64,000 bases of DNA from an uncultured Gammaproteobacteria bacterium (GTDB taxonomy: Bacteria; Patescibacteriota; Microgenomatia; CAYSOG01). Where the stretch lies: the NCBI GenBank assembly GCA_964432675.1, contig CAYSOG010000001.1:4523-68522 (forward strand). Direction: 5' to 3'. Under the pieces are notes generated by a model. It made no database searches and was not told the origin of the DNA. It was given only the letters and a program-made list of their open reading frames with translations. This document shows positions 18,761-27,944 of the stretch, in pieces. Numbering within the stretch: position 1 is the stretch's first letter; each line of letters begins with the position of its first letter. The position numbers and the translations under genes are program-made.

Positions 18761-19221
18761 TCAATATATTCTATATCGTTTTCAGAGGAAGTAGGTTCAG
18801 GTTTTGTGGCAGTCATCTGATCGTAAAGTGATACGGGTTTTGCGCCTAATTCACCAACGACAATTTCGGTTGTCGTATTTTTTGCATTTACGTCTTCTGC
18901 CTCACGTTCGAAGCGCCATTTCCAGTAGGCATCTACCATTTTTAGCTGGCGTCTTTTTGTATCCGGCTGCCTTTGTTGGACACGCATCCGCAAGGCCGAA
19001 TGATAAAGCTTTTTAGCAAGGGCAAATTGCATTTCTATCTCATCTGGTTCTTGTGAAGCATTCAATTCATCGATACGCCCTTGGATGTATGCTTCCGGCA
19101 ACATGAGCTCTGATCCGACTGACCGTAGCCAATCGGTAGACTCATGTTTTATAAATCCCACAACATCAGGATTTGTAAGCCTTTCGACTGTAGTAGTATT
19201 TTCAGGTTTTGCAGCCACCAT
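18754..19221 (-). CDS. Hypothetical protein downstream of a putative attenuator
   Basis: Open frame; ATG 19221 preceded by GGAG (alternative ATG 19230). Confidence 0.65.
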   Translation of the reverse strand: MVAAKPENTTTVERLTNPDVVGFIKHESTDWLRSVGSELMLPEAYIQGRIDELNASQEPDEIEMQFALAKKLYHSALRMRVQQRQPDTKRRQLKMVDAYWKWRFEREAEDVNAKNTTTEIVVGELGAKPVSLYDQMTATKPEPTSSENDIEYIDY

Positions 19222-19231
19222 GTTCTCCATC

Positions 19232-19259
19232 AAAAAACCCTACCGATGTGCGGTAGGGT
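19232..19259 (-). terminator. Terminator hairpin immediately upstream of the 18754-19221 gene (attenuator)
   Basis: ACCCTACCG-CACAT-CGGTAGGGT then T-run on the minus strand. Confidence 0.75.
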
Positions 19260-19285
19260 GTTAGCTATTTGTTATTACTTTCCAG

Positions 19286-19387
19286 CTACCCCACCGTGGT
19301 TTGCCATTGTATGCTAAACATGGCAAACTTGCCAGCATTACATGCTGAAGTACATAGTGTAATGGTAGTTTGATCTTTTGCAGCCAT
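19286..19387 (-). CDS. Putative 33-aa leader peptide
   Basis: MAAKDQTTITLCTSACNAGKFAMFSIQWQTTVG*; its 3' end CGGTGGGG can pair with the terminator 5' arm. Confidence 0.45.
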   Translation of the reverse strand: MAAKDQTTITLCTSACNAGKFAMFSIQWQTTVG

Positions 19388-19533
19388 AATTACTCATTCA
19401 AAAACCTTTCCCGTTTTTTGAGAAAGGCTTATGTTTTTAGAAATAGTAACCTATTTCAATTGAACCTAGATAAATCATAGCGCAGGTAAGCGAAGCTTGT
19501 CAAGCACCTTCGAATAGCTGTACAATCACTGGT

Positions 19534-20865
19534 ATGGAACGAACACTGGTTGCTAATACTATCAATAAAACTGACCAAAAGGTTGCTATTAAAGGTTGGG
19601 TCAAAACTCGACGGGACCACGGTAAAATTGTCTTTTTGGATGTTTCAGACCGCAGTGGCGTATTGCAGGTTGTTGTCACTGATCCAGAAGTTGCATCAAA
19701 TAGCAATGTGTTCGACGTAGTTGCAATTACCGGAGAAATCCATAAACGCCCGGAAAAGTTGATTAATCCGGCTTTAGCAACTGGTACTATTGAAATGCAA
19801 GCTGAAAAGATTGAAATTATCAACAAGTCGCGGGAATTGCCGTTTGATTTAGGCGGTACAGATTTGCAAGTTACCTTACCAACATTGTTAGACAACCGGT
19901 CATTAACATTACGGCATCCAAAAGTGAGAGCAATCTTTAAAGTCCAAGCCCAAGTTATGGAAGGCTTTCGACAAGCGGCAAAAGCGCTTGATTGTGTTGA
20001 AATATTTGTACCAACGATAGCCGCTTCTGCAACCGAAGGAGGTGCCGAGGTTTTTACCGTTGATTATTATGGCCACCACGCGTTCTTAACCCAAAGTCCG
20101 CAGTTATATAAACAAATGTTAGTGCCGGTGTTTGAGCGAGTTTTCACTGTTGCCCATGCTTACCGCGCAGAACCATCGGTTACAACACGGCATCTTGCCG
20201 AAAGCATCCAAATGGATTGTGAGTTTGGTTTTGTGACATTCGATGAACTGCTCACATTGGTAGAAACGGTAGGTATTGAGACTTTAAAATATGTTGAAAA
20301 GATGTGCCAGGAAGAATTACAACTCTTTGGTGTTGAGAAAATTGCCTTCGGTAAAGTGCCACGTTTGACCTTACTTGAGGCACAGGAAATTATTTATAAA
20401 GAATTTGGCCGTGATGAACGCAAGGAAAAAGACTTAGCGCCACAAGATGAAGTCGATATTTGCAAGTGGGCGCTTGAAAAATATCATAGTGATTTGGTAA
20501 CGATTACCCACTTTCCCACAAAAAAGCGGGCTTTTTATACAATGCCCGACCCACAAAACCCCGAACTAAGTTTAAGTTACGATTTATTATTTCGCGGCGT
20601 TGAAATTTTAAGCGGCTCACAAAGAATACATGAGTACGATAAGCTAGTTAGTGCGATTAAAGATCGTGGCATGGACCCCGAGAACTTTGCCATGTATCTG
20701 CAAGCCTTTTTGTATGGTATGCCACCAGAAGGTGGATTTTCCTTCGGTCTGGAACGGATGACCCGCAATATCCTCGGTTTAGAAAATATTAGAGAAGCTT
20801 CGCTATTTCCAAGAGATATGGAAAGGGTTGATATTCGTTTTAGCAAGCTTGAAGAAGATGACTGA
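19534..20865 (+). CDS. aspS: Aspartate-tRNA(Asp/Asn) ligase, short archaeal-type/non-discriminating
   Basis: GWV..RRDHG OB-fold, TEGGAEVF, LTQSPQLYKQM, YRAEPS.TTRHL, YGMPPEGGFSFGLER; no GAD insertion. Confidence 0.93.
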   Translation: MERTLVANTINKTDQKVAIKGWVKTRRDHGKIVFLDVSDRSGVLQVVVTDPEVASNSNVFDVVAITGEIHKRPEKLINPALATGTIEMQAEKIEIINKSRELPFDLGGTDLQVTLPTLLDNRSLTLRHPKVRAIFKVQAQVMEGFRQAAKALDCVEIFVPTIAASATEGGAEVFTVDYYGHHAFLTQSPQLYKQMLVPVFERVFTVAHAYRAEPSVTTRHLAESIQMDCEFGFVTFDELLTLVETVGIETLKYVEKMCQEELQLFGVEKIAFGKVPRLTLLEAQEIIYKEFGRDERKEKDLAPQDEVDICKWALEKYHSDLVTITHFPTKKRAFYTMPDPQNPELSLSYDLLFRGVEILSGSQRIHEYDKLVSAIKDRGMDPENFAMYLQAFLYGMPPEGGFSFGLERMTRNILGLENIREASLFPRDMERVDIRFSKLEEDD

Positions 20866-21895
20866 CCGCTCCAAACCATTTCGAAAATTCATAAAAAAAC
20901 TTGGAAGAACTAGGCAACATCCAGGTATGGTAATTATTACGCTATACCAGGTTGCAGCATACCTTATCATTTTTGCCATTTTTTTAAACTTACCCGGGAC
21001 AAATGCGTACAGTTTTAGTATATCTAAAAAATACCCTCCTCTTATTCAACATCTACCAATTTCCCAACCCACTATAGCTCCTTATCCAGTTGAAGTTAGT
21101 CGAACCGAGCCTCCAAGTGTCAGTGCCCAATCGATTATTATTACCGATTATGCAACCGGTGCGGTATTATTTCGGAAAAATGCGGCAGAACCCAGGCCGC
21201 CAGCTTCTTTAATCAAATTGCTCACAGCAAGGGTGGCACTAGAACATTGCGATAGGCAAACAGTGGTCGAAGTCCCGCAAACACTACGGCTGAAAAGTGA
21301 TGAATCGCGGATGGGGCTTGTTCCAGGTGAAAAGATTACTGTCGAAAACTTAATTTATGGCATGCTTTTACCTTCTGGTAACGATGCCGCTGATGTGTTA
21401 GCGCTTACTTGCACAGTACCAAAAACGTCGTTTGTAAGCTTGCTCAACGCAAAGGCCAATGAACTTGGGCTCATGCAAACACATATCACAAACCCATCAG
21501 GCCAAGACGAGGAAGGCAACGTAACATCAGCGAGTGACCTACAAAAAATTACAGCTTATTTTCTTGGAGACCCGTTTTTGGCTGCCGTTGTACGCACGCC
21601 CTATAAAGAAGTAACGGATACGAGTGGCACAATGAAGCACCAGTTGTTGAACACGAACGTCTTGCTTTCGGCAAACAGTAACGTTTTTGGCGTTAAAACC
21701 GGTACAACCGACAAAGCAGGCCAAAATTTTATTACACTGCTTAGTGTTTCGGAAGGTCGGAAAATCTATTTGGTTGAGTTGGGGAGTATAAGCCGCTTTT
21801 CCGAGGCGATACTCCTGGCGCGATGGGTTCAAGATAATTTTCGGTGGAAATACCCTTTACCGCCGCTTGATTATTCGCAGTATCTAATGAACTAG
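20858..21895 (+). CDS. D-alanyl-D-alanine carboxypeptidase (peptidase S11)
   Basis: PASLIK (SxxK), SGN, KTG motifs; N-terminal TM. Confidence 0.92.
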   Translation: MTDRSKPFRKFIKKLGRTRQHPGMVIITLYQVAAYLIIFAIFLNLPGTNAYSFSISKKYPPLIQHLPISQPTIAPYPVEVSRTEPPSVSAQSIIITDYATGAVLFRKNAAEPRPPASLIKLLTARVALEHCDRQTVVEVPQTLRLKSDESRMGLVPGEKITVENLIYGMLLPSGNDAADVLALTCTVPKTSFVSLLNAKANELGLMQTHITNPSGQDEEGNVTSASDLQKITAYFLGDPFLAAVVRTPYKEVTDTSGTMKHQLLNTNVLLSANSNVFGVKTGTTDKAGQNFITLLSVSEGRKIYLVELGSISRFSEAILLARWVQDNFRWKYPLPPLDYSQYLMN

Positions 21896-22976
21896 ATTGG
21901 TTTTGTTGCGTTGTATCTATCTGGCTTGTTTGGGATGTATTGACTGCATCACTTTTTAATGCAGAAACATAAGCTGTAAAATTTTCACCAATAAAAATAT
22001 AAACCGGATAAAGAAAACTGGTGCCATGTTCGAAATAAGCCAGCCGAACTTCATTAATCGTAACGCTACCGCTGTTGTCGGATTGTGCAATATAGGCATT
22101 ACCATTTTTTAAAGCAGTAAACGCTTCATCATGACTGATAGTGGGGTATGTTTCCGGCTTATCAGCGATCGGAAAGTAATATTGTTGAGCCTCGATGACT
22201 TGCTTTGCAGGCATATCATTGGCTGTGACGATTGCATACGTTGGACTTTCGTTTGGCATATCGTAAACAATTGGCACGTCTTCCTTAGTATCACTGACGT
22301 CTTTTGGAAAGAAGTTAACCCGTACTGCATCGGGCGTTTGGGAAGCATCGGCAAGTGGCACAAGCTGGCCGTCGCTATATGAGAAATTTTCCGGAATTGG
22401 ATCGTTTGCAGTTAAATCATCAGGCAAGCTCGCGGCACCATGAAAGAACTGCCTTGCTTTATCGATATAATCTTGGGGGGCTAGCTGTGCAGCGGCGGTA
22501 AAAACGGAAGGATCGTTGCGGAAATTGTAGCGCATAATAAAGTTTTCCCCAAGTAGCGTGACTTGCAGGGTTCGGCTTTTGAGTTGGGTGTCAGTGAACA
22601 AGAGGGTATTATTGTTGCTTTGGGTTGGTGTTTTGGGAAAGCCTAGTGCAGCGGCTTTTGCTACCGCAGTTTCTTTATCACCAAAAGCTAATTTGGGCAC
22701 CTGGATTTTCCAAACAGCTGCAACACCAGGGAAATCATTCGGTGTTTTAATTGGCTCGAGTGTTAGTTGCGGCAGTGAAAATTGGCTCTTTGGAAAAAGC
22801 GGTGGCGGCAATTTGCCGTACCCCATTGTAGGTACCGCCACTGCCTCTTTTGGGGCGAAAAATGACTTTTGGGCATACGCCCAAGCGTAGACTGCTATAG
22901 TTAAAATGATAAGCACAAGTGCTGCGACCTTCAAAAAGGTACGCATAACCTGGGCAGTTTCAGTGAGCGAAGACAT
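21741..22976 (-). CDS. Membrane-anchored hypothetical protein
   Basis: MSSLTETA..., TM, GKLP.P.FP, V.LAYF...L.PVYIF.G motifs. Confidence 0.75.
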   Translation of the reverse strand: MSSLTETAQVMRTFLKVAALVLIILTIAVYAWAYAQKSFFAPKEAVAVPTMGYGKLPPPLFPKSQFSLPQLTLEPIKTPNDFPGVAAVWKIQVPKLAFGDKETAVAKAAALGFPKTPTQSNNNTLLFTDTQLKSRTLQVTLLGENFIMRYNFRNDPSVFTAAAQLAPQDYIDKARQFFHGAASLPDDLTANDPIPENFSYSDGQLVPLADASQTPDAVRVNFFPKDVSDTKEDVPIVYDMPNESPTYAIVTANDMPAKQVIEAQQYYFPIADKPETYPTISHDEAFTALKNGNAYIAQSDNSGSVTINEVRLAYFEHGTSFLYPVYIFIGENFTAYVSALKSDAVNTSQTSQIDTTQQNQSSSLDTANNQAAVKGISTENYLEPIAPGVSPRKSGLYSPTQPNRFSDLPKH

Positions 22977-23190
22977 ATGTTAGGTAAGTATGAGTATACC
23001 AGGTTGAACGTAACCTGTGCTACAATGAGGCAAAATCAGTGGCAGAAACATTAAAAAATTAAGTATCAAAATGCAAAATGACAATGTAATAATCAAGCTT
23101 ATTTATAGTTCTTAATTAATTAGTACCTTTGCATCTTGCATCATAATTTTGCTTTTTACATGTTAATTTTTACTAGAAGCCAGATTTACT

Positions 23191-24618
23191 ATGAAGAAAA
23201 AATACTCTGAAATAGTTTCGCGTTTTGCTCCTTCGCCGACGGGTGATCCTCATATTGGGAACATTAGAACGGCATTATTTACGTATCTTTTTATTAAAAG
23301 CCAACATGGTAAATTTATTTTACGGATTGAAGATACTGATAAAGCCCGGGAAGTTCCTGGCAGTATCGATCGGATAAAAGACGGCTTACAATGGCTCGGT
23401 ATTTCCTATGACGAAGGCCCAATTTTGCAATCCAGTAGGCTGGCTCTTTATAAAAAAGCAGCTTTAGACCTCGTCCAGCATGGCCACGCTTATTATTGTT
23501 TTTGCACACCGCAACGGTTAGAAGAACTGCGGAGAAAGCAGGAAAAAGACCATTTACCGCCAATGTACGATCGGCATTGCCGCACCTTATCGCGCGATGA
23601 AGCATTGCAACGAACCCAAACTGAACCGTACGTCGTCCGTCTAAAGGTGCCAGATACTGGGGAAACTGCGTTTACCGATTACTTACGTGGCACTATTACC
23701 GTCCAAAATAAAACCATAGACGACCAAGTCCTTTTAAAATCCGATGGCTACCCCACTTATCATTTGGCAGTTGTGGTTGATGACCACGACATGGGCATTA
23801 CCCACGTTATGCGTGGTGAGGACTGGATTTCTTCTACTCCAAAGCATGTCCTTTTATACCAATTTTTTGGTTGGGAAATGCCTACCTTTGTCCACCTCTC
23901 ACTCATCATAGGCAAGGACAAAAAGAAACTATCAAAGCGCCTTGGTGATCTGTCATTACTCAGTTATAAAGAGCAAGGCTACCAACCATTAGCAGTGCTT
24001 AACTTTTTGTCTCGATTGGGATATTCACCAAAAGACGATCGTAAGTTATATAGTTTGGATGAGCTAGCCCAGGAATTTTCCCTTGACCGGCTACATAAAA
24101 ATCCAGCTATTTTTGATTTGGATAAGCTCAATTGGTTCAACCGCCTGGCGAAAGAAACCGGTGAAACAGAAGGAAACTTGATTGAACCAATTACTGAAAC
24201 ATTGCAAAGCCACCACGTGGTCCAAAATCCGTTGACCGACGTTGAATATCATTTTGTTAAAGAAGCTGCCAAACGTATAACGACGACAAATGAAGTAGCG
24301 GCTACTTTGTCTTATCTTTGGCAACGTCCAGAAAAGGTGCATTTGGATGAGTTAGTAAATGCACATAGTGAAACGTCTGTTAAAAATGTTTTTACAGATA
24401 TTGAAGCAGCAGCCGAGAAAATAACTGACTGGGACGAAAATACCGTGGGTACGCTACTGCGGGAACAGCAACGAATGTTAAGCGATTGGCCTAGTCGTGA
24501 CTTTTATCAACTTTTAACATTAGTTATTTCTGGGTCAACTTCCGCACCGCCACTATTTGCATCAATCGCATTACTGGGAAAAGAAGAATTTTTGAAACGC
24601 TTGGAAAATGCGTTATAA
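23191..24618 (+). CDS. gltX: Glutamate-tRNA ligase
   Basis: RFAPSPTG, HIGN, LRIEDTD, YYCFC, ITHVMRGEDW, KLSKR. Confidence 0.97.
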   Translation: MKKKYSEIVSRFAPSPTGDPHIGNIRTALFTYLFIKSQHGKFILRIEDTDKAREVPGSIDRIKDGLQWLGISYDEGPILQSSRLALYKKAALDLVQHGHAYYCFCTPQRLEELRRKQEKDHLPPMYDRHCRTLSRDEALQRTQTEPYVVRLKVPDTGETAFTDYLRGTITVQNKTIDDQVLLKSDGYPTYHLAVVVDDHDMGITHVMRGEDWISSTPKHVLLYQFFGWEMPTFVHLSLIIGKDKKKLSKRLGDLSLLSYKEQGYQPLAVLNFLSRLGYSPKDDRKLYSLDELAQEFSLDRLHKNPAIFDLDKLNWFNRLAKETGETEGNLIEPITETLQSHHVVQNPLTDVEYHFVKEAAKRITTTNEVAATLSYLWQRPEKVHLDELVNAHSETSVKNVFTDIEAAAEKITDWDENTVGTLLREQQRMLSDWPSRDFYQLLTLVISGSTSAPPLFASIALLGKEEFLKRLENAL

Positions 24619-24645
24619 AAAAGGGAGACATATATATGTCTCCCC
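24617..24645 (-). terminator. Terminator between convergent genes
   Basis: GGGAGACATA/TATGTCTCCC stem with an A-run on the left. Confidence 0.7.
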
Positions 24646-24656
24646 GAATAATCCTA

Positions 24657-24848
24657 CTATGGTAAACCGGCTCTGGCTATCTTGCCTGCAAGTAGACGAA
24701 GTTCATTTATAATTTCCTTTACATCTTCTCGGGTATGTTCAGGGAAACTAGTTGTATCAGTGACATGCAATGCCTCTTGCAATCGGTTTGCGTATTTTTC
24801 TAAAGAGTCATAATATGCTGCCATTTGATGTGCTTTATCACCGGCCAT
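24657..24848 (-). CDS. Small helical hypothetical protein
   Basis: ATG with AGGAGGG SD. Confidence 0.6.
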   Translation of the reverse strand: MAGDKAHQMAAYYDSLEKYANRLQEALHVTDTTSFPEHTREDVKEIINELRLLAGKIARAGLP

Positions 24849-24863
24849 GAATGCATCCCTCCT

Positions 24864-25070
24864 TTAGAGTGCCACTCTTCGATTGACCTGTTGCCGTATA
24901 TCTTCTGTCTTTTGTGAAAGATCCTTTAATTCTTTTGCAATACCGAGGAAAAAATATTCCTGCTGATGAGAAGCTGCATTTACGGTCGCTTGTTCCATTG
25001 CTTCATCTGCAAGAAGGCCAAGCTTTCGCGAAATAGCAACTAATTCATTCGAAAACTTTGGTAAAGCCAT
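24864..25070 (-). CDS. Small helical hypothetical protein
   Basis: AAGGAG SD; TATAAT promoter upstream. Confidence 0.6.
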   Translation of the reverse strand: MALPKFSNELVAISRKLGLLADEAMEQATVNAASHQQEYFFLGIAKELKDLSQKTEDIRQQVNRRVAL

Positions 25071-25214
25071 CGCCACTCCTTCTATTTGGAAGTGCTATCC
25101 TGCTTCGCTAACAGGGTTTGTATTATTATAATCCTGTGTTGCAACTAGCACTAAGCATAATTGCGCGTTTACAATTTTTCTGAAATATAGTAAGGTGGGT
25201 ATACAGGTGAAATT

Positions 25215-26378
25215 ATGACTGAAACAGGTAAAAAAGCACTTGCGTTATACAAAAAATTCAACGGAACACTTGCCACCACCATTAAAGTTCCTCTCGAAAC
25301 TGAAGAAGATTTTTCCATAGCCTACATGCCCGGTGTCGCCGAGGTGGCTATGGCATGCACGGTCGACCAGGCAAACGCATCTCTTTATACCATTAAAGGG
25401 CACTCGGTTGCTGTTGTAACTGATGGTTCTTCTGTATTGGGTCTGGGAAATATTGGGCCGCTTGGTGCTTTGCCGGTTATGGAAAGTAAGGCGATGCTCT
25501 ACAAAAAGCTTGTTGATATCGACGCTTTTCCGATTTGTTTAGCGACACAAGACGCTGATGAAATGGTCAAAACAATCAAGAATATCGCTCCGGCTTTTGG
25601 CGCCATTCATTTAGAAGACATCGCTGCACCAAGATGTTTTGAAGTTGAAAATACGCTACAGGAACAAGGTATACTGGCTGCCCATAATGACCAACATGGC
25701 ACGGCACTTGTAATTCGCGCGGCCTTAGTAAATGCCGCAAAAGTAGTTGGCAAACCGTTTAGCTCGTTGAAGGTGGTAATTTCTGGCGGTGGCGCTGCGG
25801 CGCAAGCTACGGCAAAACTTCTTCTTTGTGACGGTGTTACGAAAGACTGTGAGGGCGTAGCCGATGTTATTGTGGTTGACAGCAAAGGTATTATTGAACC
25901 AGCTCGAAGAGATCTCGACACTTACAAGCAATACATCGCAGAGCACACAAATAAGGAAAAGAAAACGGGCGATATCGATAACGCATTAACCGGCGCTGAC
26001 GTTTTTATCGGCGTTTCTCGCGGTAATATTATAGCCGATACTATACTAAAAGAAATGGCCCAAAAGGCAATTGTTTTCGCGCTTTCCAATCCTGATCCTG
26101 AAGTTCATCCAGACAAGGCAAAAGATGCCGGTGCTGCCGTTATCGCAACAGGCCGGGCCGATTTTCCAAACCAGGTTAATAATGCGCTCGGGTATCCAGG
26201 CCTATTCAAGGGTGCAATCGAAGCGAAAGCTAAAAAGATTACACAAAACATGGTTATTGCAGCAAGCGATGCACTCGCTGCAGCTGTCGAAAACCCAACT
26301 GCCGATAATATAATTCCCACAATATTCACCCCGGGCATTTTCGACAAAATCGCTCAAGCCGTCAAAGAAGCCGTCTAA
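25215..26378 (+). CDS. NAD(P)-dependent malic enzyme
   Basis: VAVVTDGSSVLGLGNIGP, LEDIAAPRCF, DQHGTA, FALSNPDPE, ATGRADFPNQVNN. Confidence 0.93.
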   Translation: MTETGKKALALYKKFNGTLATTIKVPLETEEDFSIAYMPGVAEVAMACTVDQANASLYTIKGHSVAVVTDGSSVLGLGNIGPLGALPVMESKAMLYKKLVDIDAFPICLATQDADEMVKTIKNIAPAFGAIHLEDIAAPRCFEVENTLQEQGILAAHNDQHGTALVIRAALVNAAKVVGKPFSSLKVVISGGGAAAQATAKLLLCDGVTKDCEGVADVIVVDSKGIIEPARRDLDTYKQYIAEHTNKEKKTGDIDNALTGADVFIGVSRGNIIADTILKEMAQKAIVFALSNPDPEVHPDKAKDAGAAVIATGRADFPNQVNNALGYPGLFKGAIEAKAKKITQNMVIAASDALAAAVENPTADNIIPTIFTPGIFDKIAQAVKEAV

Positions 26379-26455
26379 AATTGCTTTCACTCCCTAAAAT
26401 CTGCTAAAATTATGCCTGTTTGAAGGCGTTTTTTCTCGTCTCACGCCCTAAACTA

Positions 26456-26526
26456 TGCGGGATCGTCTAATGGTAGGACACATGCCTCTGGAGCATGGTA
26501 TCTAGGTCCGAATCCTAGTCCCGCAG
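26456..26526 (+). tRNA. tRNA-Gln(CTG)
   Basis: Acceptor TGCGGGA/TCCCGCA; anticodon arm CATGC-CTCTGGA-GCATG; T-arm CTAGG-TCCGAAT-CCTAG; no encoded CCA. Confidence 0.95.
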
Positions 26527-26535
26527 CTCGTGTTC

Positions 26536-26560
26536 TGCCAGATAGACGATGTGGGAACTT
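26536..26560 (-). repeat. Inverted partial copy of the 35-bp repeat plus TGCCAG core (att-like half-site)
   Basis: TGCCAG-ATA-GACGATGTGGGAACTT; the last 16 nt match the reverse complement of AAGTTCCCACATAGTC at 15/16. Confidence 0.7.
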
Positions 26561-26596
26561 CCCTATCGTAATTTTGTAATCTGATATACTCTATTT

Positions 26597-27064
26597 ATGT
26601 ATAATCACGCTCCAAACGAGTATATGTGCCCGCTTTGTTTACTTGGAAAAGAAGCATATAAGTCACCGCTTGTTGTTGTTCCAGACGACGTTGTTTTACG
26701 GACAGAAAAGATAACGGCATTTATTTCTTCTAAATGGTGGCCAAATAATAAAGGCCATATCATTATTATCCCAAATGCTCATTTTGAGAATGTATATGAT
26801 ATTGAGACAGATTATCTTCATGAAATTGCTGACACCTCAAAGAAAATGGCCATTGCGATAAGGAAAGCATATGGTTGTGATGGAATAACTATTCGGCAAC
26901 ACAATGAGCCAGCAGGAAGTCAAGATGTTTGGCATTACCACATGCATGTTATCCCACGGTATACAAATGACGACTTTTATCGAACTGATGCGATTAAAGG
27001 TTGGATTAATCCGAAAGAAAGAAAAGTTTATGCAGATAAAATTAGAAAAGTATTATCTCGATAA
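26597..27064 (+). CDS. HIT family hydrolase
   Basis: CPLC, GHIIIIP..H, QDVWHYHMHVIPR. Confidence 0.93.
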   Translation: MYNHAPNEYMCPLCLLGKEAYKSPLVVVPDDVVLRTEKITAFISSKWWPNNKGHIIIIPNAHFENVYDIETDYLHEIADTSKKMAIAIRKAYGCDGITIRQHNEPAGSQDVWHYHMHVIPRYTNDDFYRTDAIKGWINPKERKVYADKIRKVLSR

Positions 27065-27095
27065 AAAGTTCCCACATAGTCAACCAGTGCCAGCT
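27061..27095 (+). repeat. 35-bp direct repeat, copy 1
   Basis: ATAAAAAGTTCCCACATAGTCAACCAGTGCCAGCT, identical to 27413-27447. Confidence 0.95.
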
Positions 27096-27137
27096 CAGCT
27101 TGTGCTTAGCGTATGATTTAAGAAATATCCTACTATT

Positions 27138-27398
27138 TTATTTGAACCAGTGGAAAAAGGCAAAGAGGTTACTAATTATAACTAAGGCACCTACTAACAA
27201 CAAGATTACAACTCCAGCAATAATGCTTACTGTTAGCGAGGTCATTTTGGCCTTATAAAATTGGTCGCCAACTTTGGTAAGGGTAGTAACTTTGCCATTT
27301 TGTTGATCGTGTAGTGATTTGAGTGCTATATAACCAATTACAAGAACGAAGATAAAACTCAAGATTACAGAAATAGGTATTTGAGGGTCATTACCCAT
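27138..27398 (-). CDS. Small two-TM membrane protein
   Basis: Two hydrophobic helices; TACCAT 6 nt before ATG. Confidence 0.65.
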   Translation of the reverse strand: MGNDPQIPISVILSFIFVLVIGYIALKSLHDQQNGKVTTLTKVGDQFYKAKMTSLTVSIIAGVVILLLVGALVIISNLFAFFHWFK

Positions 27399-27412
27399 AC
27401 TTACATGGTAGC

Positions 27413-27447
27413 ATAAAAAGTTCCCACATAGTCAACCAGTGCCAGCT
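27413..27447 (+). repeat. 35-bp direct repeat, copy 2
   Basis: Identical to 27061-27095. Confidence 0.95.
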
Positions 27448-27451
27448 TTGA

Positions 27452-27874
27452 TCCGCTTGCAATTTTGATAGGAAAGTCGGTCTCCGTTATTTGAGTTTAC
27501 AAGATCATCCAGGTAAGTCGTTAGACGAATTGATAGAAATTATTACTAAAACCGGAACTGATAGGTACAATATTTCACGAAAAATGGCTGTTGCACATGA
27601 TTTTTATTCTGATAAAGGGATTGAAATTTTTGCCGTACCAGCAGAAGTGAACAAAGAACTGGACATATCCGCAGAAGCGATCCAAGATTTTTATGAGGGT
27701 GCATTAAAAGATAGAGGATATTCATTAAAGATTGATCTAGTAGTTATTTATGACCTAGAACAGCTTGAACTTATTCCTATAAAATATGACGACGGTATTG
27801 GCAAAGATGCATATAAATTTCGGTATCCCAGCAGAAAAAGTGATGCGGTGTTAGGATTTATTAAAATTACATAA
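27452..27874 (+). pseudogene. Probably 5'-truncated hypothetical gene
   Basis: Frame is open from just after repeat copy 2 (TGA at 27449) with no ATG or SD; only a TTG at 27491. Confidence 0.45.
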
Positions 27875-27944
27875 ATAAGGTCTAACTCTGTCAATAAATC
27901 CAGCTGAAAAGACAATAGACAAATGGTGATAAAATAAAGTCATT

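Noticed and set aside
14692-19288. Possible stop-codon recoding suggested by in-frame TAG pairs
   Set aside because: Many well-supported genes end at TAG or TGA at their expected C-termini, so the standard code fits.
27061-27447. 35-bp repeats as a CRISPR array
   Set aside because: Only two direct copies 352 bp apart enclosing a gene; no spacer-length periodicity and no cas genes.
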